From positions 1-64,000 of the forward strand of contig JBDKRA010000021.1 of assembly GCA_039683615.1 (NCBI GenBank): DNA of 64,000 bases. Direction: 5' to 3'. The translations under genes and the position numbers were made by a program. This DNA comes from Phycisphaerae bacterium. Its GTDB lineage: Bacteria > Planctomycetota > Phycisphaerae > SM23-33. Below the pieces are notes generated by a model. That model saw only the letters and a program-made list of their open reading frames with translations, searched no databases and was not told the origin of the DNA. This document shows positions 57,400-64,000 of this stretch, piece by piece. Each line of letters opens with the position of its first letter. Position 1 is the first letter of the stretch.

Positions 57400-58716
57400 T
57401 CACTTCCTCTCTGCCAGAATCCGGCACATTGTTCTGTAGGCACTGACGAGCGTGCGATCATCGCCGCCGGCGGCCGCCGCGGCGGCGGTTCGCAACTGCG
57501 CGGCGCGGGCGTCGCCCGTGTCGCCGGCCTTGGCCGTTGAGGCAGCCTTGGCCGGGTGCGACCATTCACGGATGCACGTCGTCAGCAAGTCTCGCCGGCG
57601 GATGGCGCGGCGCAGCAGGCTCACCAGGGCGCTGATCGAGTCGCGCCCGGCGACGGCGCCGGTGTCGATAACGCCCTCGGGGCGGGCCACCTGCCCCAGG
57701 TGCGACAGGCTCTTCCACAGATACAGCCCCGCCACTACCGCCAGCGCCGCCAGGGCCGTCTCGAGATGGTGGCGGCGCAGCAGGGCCATCACCGTCAGTT
57801 CCGACTCGACGCCCAGGTGCGTCTCGTCGAACACCACAGCCGAGGCCGACGGGCCCAGCAGCCAGGCCAGCAGCCGCGGACTGCGGCGGTGTCGCAAGCC
57901 TTCATTGCTCAGGAAGAAACTGTCGCTGCACAGCACCAGCGTGCCGCGGCCCATGGGGCGTTCCATGATGGCCGCCCCCGCGTCAGTGCGATAGATCACC
58001 TTCCAGGACGGGTCCTTGGGCTCGAGGTACAGCCCGCCCAGCCAGCTCACTTCCTTTTCGGCCGCCAGCGGCGCGCTGAGTCGGGCCTGTTTGCGGACGA
58101 GGCTGTGGCGCGTGTCTTTTCTTTCGCGCAGCTCGGTCTCGGGGGCCTTGTGGACCCCTACGGCAAAACGCCATCGCGGCCCCAACTCGATATTGCGGGG
58201 GGCGTCGAAATCATCGGAATCGCTCCGGGACGAAGCCGAGGCCGGCTTGCTCGTCGCGGGCTGGCTCGTGCTGCCCGAGGCCGGACGGCTCTTGCTCCGC
58301 GCGGGGCGCGACGCGGAGCGGTCCCAGTCCGCCGCATCCCAGGAATCGGCTTGGTGCACCAGGGCGATCACCAGCCGTCCGCCGCCGTTGACGAACCGCT
58401 CGAGCCCCTCGACGGCGTCGGCTCCCTGCGCGCCGTCGAACCGGTTGCCGCTTTCGCCGGCCAGGATCATCGTCTTGCGCTCGCCATCGCCCAGACGCTC
58501 CAGCGCATCGATATTGCGACTGACCGACAGGCCCGGCAACGCGGCGAAGCTGTCATAGAGCGCCTTGATGCCCATCGGATCGGCGCGGTACGAGGAATAC
58601 GGCGGGTAGACGTCGCCGCGGCCGAGGCGGCCGACGAGCAAGTCCACCATGGCCGCGGCGAAGGCCACCGCTGCCAGCAGCACCGCCACGCGCAGGACGC
58701 GATCAAACTTCGACAT
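57400..58716 (-). CDS. DUF4350 domain protein (membrane-anchored, extracytoplasmic)
   Basis: N-terminal TM VLRVAVLLAAVAFAAAMV; conserved position between the DUF4129 and MoxR genes; S/R/P-rich linker. Confidence 0.5.
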   Translation of the reverse strand: MSKFDRVLRVAVLLAAVAFAAAMVDLLVGRLGRGDVYPPYSSYRADPMGIKALYDSFAALPGLSVSRNIDALERLGDGERKTMILAGESGNRFDGAQGADAVEGLERFVNGGGRLVIALVHQADSWDAADWDRSASRPARSKSRPASGSTSQPATSKPASASSRSDSDDFDAPRNIELGPRWRFAVGVHKAPETELRERKDTRHSLVRKQARLSAPLAAEKEVSWLGGLYLEPKDPSWKVIYRTDAGAAIMERPMGRGTLVLCSDSFFLSNEGLRHRRSPRLLAWLLGPSASAVVFDETHLGVESELTVMALLRRHHLETALAALAVVAGLYLWKSLSHLGQVARPEGVIDTGAVAGRDSISALVSLLRRAIRRRDLLTTCIREWSHPAKAASTAKAGDTGDARAAQLRTAAAAAAGGDDRTLVSAYRTMCRILAERK

Positions 58717-60640
58717 GCGATCGCATCCTTTCCTGGTTGGCGGTGAAAGAGTTCAGGATCGTGTCGCTGACGTCATGGAGGCCGTACCATGTGTACTCGA
58801 AGAGGTTGACGTTCTCGGCGAAGGCGCCTAGCAGCTCGCCGGCGACGTGCTCGCGTCGCTGCAGCTCACGGCGATAGTCCCGGTTGCTTTTGAACTTCTG
58901 GATCCGGATCAGCCCTCGCTGGGCGAGCTGCTTGAGGCTGGCCAGGTACATCGCCCGTAGCGCCAGTCGCAGCTCGCCGCGGGCCAGCAGCTCGCCGGCC
59001 ATCGTCATCCATCCGTCTTCGGTGAGGGCATCGGCGGTGACGGTCTCGTCGGCGACGTCGGGGGCAGGCTCGCTGCCCGCGGCCGGCGCGTCGGCGTCGT
59101 CATCGCTCTTCTTTCGCCGCGCCAGGATCAGCTTGACTGCCAGCACGATCACCGCTGCCGCCACCACCGCCAGGGCCACGTACAGCAGCAGTTTGATGAT
59201 GATCGATCCGCCGCCGATACCGGCGCCGCTGCCGAAGCTGCTGCTGCCGCTGTCGCCGGAGGGCGAATCCTTTGGCCGGCGGGCGGGCTCCTCTTCCATA
59301 AGCTCGCGCAACCACTGGCGAAATTCCTTCCAGAGATCGCGCACGGCCTGGAAGAACCCGTTGGTCTTTTCCGTCAACCATCCAAAGAACGAGGCGGCTT
59401 TGCTTTTGTCGGCCTTGTCTTCATTGGCGCTGCGCCAGTCATATTCGCTGCGCTGGAGCGTCTTATCGATGCTCTGATCGAGCTGATCGGCCCGCGAGGC
59501 CGCTTTGCCGCTCTCAGATGGCGTGGGCGTCCCCAAGGGACAGGTCTCGCCCATGCCCCCCGGCCTCAGACCTTCACGATCAGGGACACGCACAACGGGG
59601 TTGTGCGTGGCACCCGTCTCGCCCATGCCACAGGCGGGTGCGGCCGCCAGGCTGACCGCCAGGGCAGCGGCGGCAGCGACCAGTAGGGGGGCCCCGCGGC
59701 GCAGGACGTGGCGGCGAATCTGGGCCAGCAGGTCTTGCCCCGTGAACTGCGCCTGGCCGTAGAAGCATCGCAGCACGTACAGGGCCTTGACGACCGGATC
59801 GATGCACAGGAACGTCAGGGCCGCGGCGATGGCAAAGAATGTCGTGTTCAGCAGCGAGTCGACGCTCAGCGTCAACGATGTCTCCCATCCCGTGAGCATC
59901 CGCAGCAGATACGGTAGCAGGCCCAGCGCGATGCAGACGTTGATGAAGACCACGCACGTCAGCACCGCCACGATCAACAGGGCGGCTGCATGCGTGGAAA
60001 CGCTGAAGAACACTGCCCGCCACGCCTGCCGCAGCAGCGGTCCGGCCGCCTGGCCCGCAGCGGCCAGCGCCAGCAGGTTCTGGCAGAACGCGTACAGCCA
60101 GACCAGCAGTCCCCAGGCGACGACCGTCCAGGGCAGGACGACCAGCATGACGTAGCCGACCGTGACGTTGTTCTCGGCGGCGATCATCATCAGCGGGACC
60201 GCCGGCAGCAGCAACTGCAGCGGCTGCACGATCGCGTGGAACACTCCGGTGCGGGCTGCGTCGCGCCAGGAAGTCGCGCCGGCGGGCCGGCCGCCGTTCT
60301 GCACGGCAGTCATCAGGCGCCGGCAGAACGCGCCTTGCCAGATTTTCATCCACAGGTAGAGCAGCGCCAGGCCCAGGGCCAGGGGCGTGCCTCGCGCAGC
60401 GGCGCTGTTGGCATAGAGCATGTACGACCAGAAGTACAGCAGCGCCGCCACGAAGGGCAGCGCCCCGGCGTAATATCGCCACAGAGTCCCCGGGGCCGCG
60501 ATGCGCAGCAGATGGATGGCCTCTTCGACCATCTGCAGTGCCGCGGGGGCGCCCGAAGCCCTGCCGCGCGGGCGCGCGGGAGCCCGCCCCGGCGACGAGA
60601 CCGTCGCCCCGGAGGACAGGTTGTTCGATGCGCTGCTCAT
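58703..60640 (-). CDS. Polytopic membrane protein with C-terminal DUF4129 domain
   Basis: 645 aa, 8 or more TM helices. C-terminus LRLALRAMYLASLKQLAQRGLIRIQKFKSNRDYRREL...NVNLFEYTWYGLHDVS matches the DUF4129 pattern. Contains an in-frame 72-nt insertion (59544-59629). Confidence 0.6.
   Translation of the reverse strand: MSSASNNLSSGATVSSPGRAPARPRGRASGAPAALQMVEEAIHLLRIAAPGTLWRYYAGALPFVAALLYFWSYMLYANSAAARGTPLALGLALLYLWMKIWQGAFCRRLMTAVQNGGRPAGATSWRDAARTGVFHAIVQPLQLLLPAVPLMMIAAENNVTVGYVMLVVLPWTVVAWGLLVWLYAFCQNLLALAAAGQAAGPLLRQAWRAVFFSVSTHAAALLIVAVLTCVVFINVCIALGLLPYLLRMLTGWETSLTLSVDSLLNTTFFAIAAALTFLCIDPVVKALYVLRCFYGQAQFTGQDLLAQIRRHVLRRGAPLLVAAAAALAVSLAAAPACGMGETGATHNPVVRVPDREGLRPGGMGETCPLGTPTPSESGKAASRADQLDQSIDKTLQRSEYDWRSANEDKADKSKAASFFGWLTEKTNGFFQAVRDLWKEFRQWLRELMEEEPARRPKDSPSGDSGSSSFGSGAGIGGGSIIIKLLLYVALAVVAAAVIVLAVKLILARRKKSDDDADAPAAGSEPAPDVADETVTADALTEDGWMTMAGELLARGELRLALRAMYLASLKQLAQRGLIRIQKFKSNRDYRRELQRREHVAGELLGAFAENVNLFEYTWYGLHDVSDTILNSFTANQERMRSHVEV
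59544..59629. mobile_element. 72-nt in-frame insertion inside the DUF4129 gene, flanked by 14-nt direct repeats and carrying a CACGCACA...TGTGCGTG hairpin element (MITE/REP-like)
   Basis: gtctcgcccatgcc at 59544-59557 and again at 59616-59629 (spacing 72 nt). Between them cagggacacgcacaacggggttgtgcgtggcacc. The protein shows GMGET repeated 24 aa apart. Confidence 0.55.
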
Positions 60641-60650
60641 GGAAGCTCGC

Positions 60651-60947
60651 TCAGCCGCCGGCGTGGAACGTGTCGGGCAGCCTTCGCAATATCTCGCCCA
60701 GGTAATGAAAGAACATCCACGCGATCAGCAGGCTCGTCAGGGCCAACAGGGCGGCCCCGGCGCCGCGCAGCAGCCCGCTGCCCCGCCGCCGAGGCGCCGC
60801 CAGAGCCGCCAGACACGCGGCACAGATCACGCGCCCGTCGTGTTCGGTGACGCACTCGCGGCAGAAGAACCGCCGGCACTGCGGGCAGCGTGCGGCCGCC
60901 TCGCGCGAGGCGTGGTGGAAGCAGCGCTGATGCGTCAATGCGTTCAT
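60651..60947 (-). CDS. Zinc-ribbon (CxxC-x4-CxxC-x9-CxxC) membrane protein
   Basis: MNALTHQRCFHHASREAAARCPQCRRFFCRECVTEHDGRVICAAC then one TM helix; ATGA overlap with the upstream gene. Confidence 0.5.
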   Translation of the reverse strand: MNALTHQRCFHHASREAAARCPQCRRFFCRECVTEHDGRVICAACLAALAAPRRRGSGLLRGAGAALLALTSLLIAWMFFHYLGEILRRLPDTFHAGG

Positions 60948-61426
60948 GGCGTTGTCGGTCCCGGCGCCGCCGGAGGGTTCTGCTGCTCGCGCAGGATCAG
61001 CGGCCCCATCGCCCGGAGGAACTTGCGCGCTTGGCGCACCCGCGTCAGCGCGCCCACCTGCCAGAATTGTACGGCGGTGTGAATCGTGCAGCAACACGTC
61101 GGCCCGGCGGCGATGTTAAACGCCAGCGCCAGCATGAACAGGGCCGGCGGAACCACCAGGATCAGCCGCGCCCAGCGGTCGTCGGCCACGAACGGCCAAG
61201 GCAGCAGCGCCAGTGCCAGGATGGCGAAAACGACGCTGCACCGCGTGCCGGTCGAGGTCTGGTGCACCGTGACGGCGCGGATGTCGCGGAAGAAGAAGCG
61301 GCGATAGTTTTCCACGAAGGGCCAGTACCACGGGCACGTCACCGACAGCAGGTGATCGCTGCCCCGCAGCAGGCGGCTGCGGCCGATTCGGGCAGAACCG
61401 GGCGCGCGAGTGTAGGCGTTGTCCAT
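60944..61426 (-). CDS. Hypothetical multi-pass membrane protein
   Basis: 160 aa, 3-4 hydrophobic helices, tightly packed between two zinc-ribbon genes in the same operon. Confidence 0.4.
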   Translation of the reverse strand: MDNAYTRAPGSARIGRSRLLRGSDHLLSVTCPWYWPFVENYRRFFFRDIRAVTVHQTSTGTRCSVVFAILALALLPWPFVADDRWARLILVVPPALFMLALAFNIAAGPTCCCTIHTAVQFWQVGALTRVRQARKFLRAMGPLILREQQNPPAAPGPTTP

Positions 61427-61427
61427 G

Positions 61428-62033
61428 TCAGGCCCCCGCTTTGCTGTAGAAGAACCAGGTCCAGCAGAATATCTGCACCACGCCCAGGATCAGCGCGAGC
61501 AGTCGCCGCAGGCCGCTGCCGCCGAGCAGGCTGGGCGGGCGGCGCCAGAAAATGAAGCACATCACTACGGCCGCCGGCGCCCCCAACAGCGAGGGGAACA
61601 GCCCCAGCACCAGCGGGACGACGGCCAGGCTCAGGCAGATCTTGTCGTACAGCACCCGGGAGTTCTGCAGGTTCACCATGCCCTCTTTGGGCTGGTCCAG
61701 GCACTGCGGACAGTAGTGGCGCTGCCCGACGCGCACGTCGCAGAGGTCGCAGAGGAACCGCCCGCAACGGTCGCACGGGACGGATGCCTGTTTGTTGGGG
61801 TGGTAAAAGCAACCGGCCTGATCGTCGCTGAGGAGCGTGCGTCCGCTACGTCCGGCCTCGTGCGGACGAGCCGCGGCGGGAAACACCCACGCCATCTGGA
61901 GGGTTCCGCAGGAGGGGCAGGGGATCGGTTCATCACGATTGCAGAGGTCGCCCGGCAGCAACGCATAGCACTTGCCGCAGCGAGCTGCCGCCGAGGCGGT
62001 CGCTTGAGCACTGACGTATGAACCGGCACTCAT
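61428..62033 (-). CDS. Double zinc-ribbon membrane protein
   Basis: 201 aa from MSAGSYV. CGKCYALLPGDLCNRDEPIPCPSCG and CDRCGRFLCDLCDVRVGQRHYCPQC (same CxxC-x4-CxxC-x9-CxxC spacing as 60651-60947), then 2 TM helices. The 415-aa ORF in the track merges this with an upstream out-of-frame region. Confidence 0.5.
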   Translation of the reverse strand: MSAGSYVSAQATASAAARCGKCYALLPGDLCNRDEPIPCPSCGTLQMAWVFPAAARPHEAGRSGRTLLSDDQAGCFYHPNKQASVPCDRCGRFLCDLCDVRVGQRHYCPQCLDQPKEGMVNLQNSRVLYDKICLSLAVVPLVLGLFPSLLGAPAAVVMCFIFWRRPPSLLGGSGLRRLLALILGVVQIFCWTWFFYSKAGA

Positions 62034-62659
62034 GGATGGTTGATCGCGGCGATAATGATCACGACGACGATCCCGACCAGGTACACCGCGCCCAGTCCCA
62101 GACCGATCCACCCGCAGATCCTGCCGGCCTTGGCAAGACCCGCCGATGAGGGAGCCACGCCGCCGGCTTCGATCTGGCGCTGGGCCATGTTCGAGAAGAT
62201 CACCGCCAGGATCCCGCAGATGAGCCCGGGCAACCCATAGCAGAGGCAACCGGGGATCGACAGAATCCCCAGCACCAGTGCGGCGACGCTGTAACCGCTG
62301 GTGCGCTCGCCCACCGCCCAGGGGCCCTGCAGCGGCGGCGCCACGGGCGTGCCTTCCTGCACCTGCTGAACAAAGGCCGGCTTGCACGTGGCACAGATCC
62401 AGCGCCCTTGGTACTGGATCATGTCGTCGGTGGAGCAGTACAGCCCGCACTGGCTGCACAACTCCTGTCGGGGCGGGGCGCCCGGCGACGCGGCGGCCGT
62501 CTCGCCGGCTTGCACCGCGCTCCAGGTCTGCCAGTTGGGCATGCCCTGATGCCAGACCAGCGTGTTGATGGTGATGGTGCCGCTGTCGACCAGCGACTGA
62601 AATGTTTCCTGCGACACCGGCCCGCTCTGCCTGCCGCCGTTGGCATAGTACCAGTCCAC
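62030..62659 (-). CDS. GYF-like (DUF4339-type) N-terminal domain + zinc ribbon + C-terminal two-TM (DUF4190-like) protein
   Basis: MDWYYANGGRQSGPVSQETFQSLVDSGTITINTLVWHQGMPNWQTW resembles the DUF4339/GYF motif; CSQCG...CATC zinc ribbon; C-terminal hydrophobic pair. Stop overlaps the next gene's ATG (ATGA). Confidence 0.5.
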   Translation of the reverse strand: MDWYYANGGRQSGPVSQETFQSLVDSGTITINTLVWHQGMPNWQTWSAVQAGETAAASPGAPPRQELCSQCGLYCSTDDMIQYQGRWICATCKPAFVQQVQEGTPVAPPLQGPWAVGERTSGYSVAALVLGILSIPGCLCYGLPGLICGILAVIFSNMAQRQIEAGGVAPSSAGLAKAGRICGWIGLGLGAVYLVGIVVVIIIAAINHP

Positions 62660-62897
62660 CCGGAATCCCTTTCAAAAAGGCATTGAGAGAGGAAACTTAT
62701 TCAGGAAGTTAGACCAACTTGAGGCTACTGTCAATGGTGGCAGTGATGTGGGGCAGCCCCTCAGCTATATGGACGAAAAATCGCGGCGGAGGCACTAAAT
62801 GAAAGGTTCACTCCGGGGTCTGGGGCGGGGCCCCAGGTCTGCACGGGGCCTGTAACGCTCCCGGTAATGGGGCATGAACCGAATGAAAAGCCAATTC

Positions 62898-63482
62898 TTA
62901 TATCCACGGAAAGATCGCGCCGAGGATGATCAGCGCCGAGGCGCCGGCGATCTCGGCATAGCGGCCGATCGCTTTACCCAGCCGGCGCCCGATCAGCGTG
63001 CCGGACATGCTCATCGCCCCGGCCACCAGGCCGATGACCACCGAGGGCCAGACGACGTCGCTGACCTGCTTGAGGCCCATGGAGATCCCCACCACCAGCG
63101 CATCGACGCTGGTGGCCAGCGACAGTGCGATCAGCGACCATCCACGCGTGGGGTCTTTGGCGATGCGCCCATGCTCGATGGCGTGCTCGGTCTTCTCCGC
63201 CGCGGCGCCGGGATGCGACTTGAGCGCCTCGTAGAGCATCTTGACGCCCAGGGCAATCACCAGCACGGCAGCGATATAGGCGCCGACATCTTTGAGCAGC
63301 CCCGCCAACTCGCGACCGGCAAAGCTCCCGGCCAGAGGCATAAGGAACTGGAAGAGGCCCATGTGCCAAGCCAGGCGGAATATCTGCCGCCGCCCGTGCC
63401 AGCGCACGCCAATAGCCATCGAGACGCTCATCGCGTCCATGCCCAAGCCGGCGGCCACCATCAAGATTGCCCAGATCTGCAC
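62898..63482 (-). CDS. mntP: Manganese efflux pump MntP
   Basis: 194 aa, 6 TM; MDAMSVSMAIG and duplicated half-motifs typical of MntP/YebN. Confidence 0.7.
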   Translation of the reverse strand: MQIWAILMVAAGLGMDAMSVSMAIGVRWHGRRQIFRLAWHMGLFQFLMPLAGSFAGRELAGLLKDVGAYIAAVLVIALGVKMLYEALKSHPGAAAEKTEHAIEHGRIAKDPTRGWSLIALSLATSVDALVVGISMGLKQVSDVVWPSVVIGLVAGAMSMSGTLIGRRLGKAIGRYAEIAGASALIILGAIFPWI

Positions 63483-63498
63483 GGGTCAGCGCCGCGGC

Positions 63499-64000
63499 TT
63501 ATTCGCCGGCGACCTTGATCAGCGAGTGGACGTTCCGCCCGGAGAGCTTCTGGCGGCCGGGCAGGAAACACAGTTCCACGACGAAGGCCACGCCGACGAT
63601 CTGGGCCCCGAGCTTCTCGACGAGGTTGCAGGCGGCCTCCATCGTGCCGCCGGTGGCCAGCAGGTCGTCCATCATGAGCACTCGCTCGCCGGGGGCGAGG
63701 GCGTCGGCATGGATCTCGATGCTGTCGGTGCCGTATTCGAGCTCGTAGCTGATGCTCAGGGTCTTGGACGGGAGTTTGCCGGGCTTGCGGATAGGCACGA
63801 ATCCCGCACCGAGCCGGCAGGCGGCGGCGGCGCCGAAAATGAAACCGCGGCTCTCGATGCCCACCACGGCACGGATGCCTTTGTCGCGGAAGGGCGCCAC
63901 CAGGTCGCCGATGCACTGGTCCATGGCCTCGGCGCTGGCCAGCAGCGGCGTGATGTCCTTGAAGATGATCCCGGGTTTGGGGAAGTCCGGGACGTCGCGA
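63499..64000 (-). CDS. apt: Adenine phosphoribosyltransferase (5' end lies beyond the window edge)
   Basis: PRT motif VLMMDDLLATGGTMEA; upstream in-frame sequence ...DFPKPGIIFKDITPLLA continues to position 64000 with no start, so the ORF-track start at 63924 is internal. Confidence 0.75.
   Translation of the reverse strand, partial: RDVPDFPKPGIIFKDITPLLASAEAMDQCIGDLVAPFRDKGIRAVVGIESRGFIFGAAAACRLGAGFVPIRKPGKLPSKTLSISYELEYGTDSIEIHADALAPGERVLMMDDLLATGGTMEAACNLVEKLGAQIVGVAFVVELCFLPGRQKLSGRNVHSLIKVAGE

Noticed and set aside
61428-62675. Single 415-aa minus-strand ORF
   Set aside because: Its N-terminal 215 aa are Arg/Gly-rich nonsense overlapping, out of frame, the clean 209-aa DUF4339-type gene (62030-62659). 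The real downstream gene starts at the internal ATG 62033 (MSAGSYV), overlapping the upstream stop as ATGA.
1-64000. CRISPR arrays, rRNA, transposase/integrase genes
   Set aside because: I looked for regularly spaced direct repeats with unique spacers and for DDE/tyrosine-recombinase motifs and found none. The repeats present are palindromic REP/MITE-like families, not CRISPR.

Overview
This is a high-GC (about 65-70%) bacterial chromosomal segment with dense coding on both strands. The gene content suggests Planctomycetota (inference): it has tandem prepilin-type N-terminal methylation-motif (DUF1559-like) proteins, a DUF2203 protein, and many short intergenic palindromic repeat families. 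Housekeeping genes I can support from motifs: phoH plus a 7TM-HD (PgpH-like) hydrolase, UDP-sugar pyrophosphorylase, nadK, nth, truB, rpmE, prfA, an ArfB-like GGQ protein, leuC, miaA, mntP, a partial apt, and tRNA-Gln(CUG). Accessory content: a 1581-aa fusion of an indolepyruvate/2-oxoacid:ferredoxin oxidoreductase with a GltD/NfnB-like NAD(P)H flavoprotein domain; two ECF sigma factors, one with an overlapping zinc-binding anti-sigma gene; a GAF-PP2C phosphatase; an NfeD-flotillin pair; a GH29 alpha-L-fucosidase next to a secreted hydrolase-like protein; a PilZ protein; and a WD40/TPR protein. There are two tandem giant secreted membrane-anchored paralogs (1096 and 2524 aa); the larger one contains an internal duplication that makes it a head-to-tail fusion of two units. 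A 10-gene minus-strand operon with translationally coupled ATGA/GTGA overlaps runs four zinc-ribbon membrane proteins, DUF4129, DUF4350, MoxR AAA+, DUF58, SpoIIM/DUF95, RDD, then miaA. A low-GC SUKH/SMI1-type immunity-like gene is bracketed by 22-nt inverted repeats. A 72-nt in-frame insertion carrying a hairpin element and flanked by 14-nt direct repeats sits inside the DUF4129 gene. Several repeat families recur, including a GGAAATTGGAAAT motif just upstream of three start codons. I found no CRISPR array, rRNA, or classical transposase or integrase.
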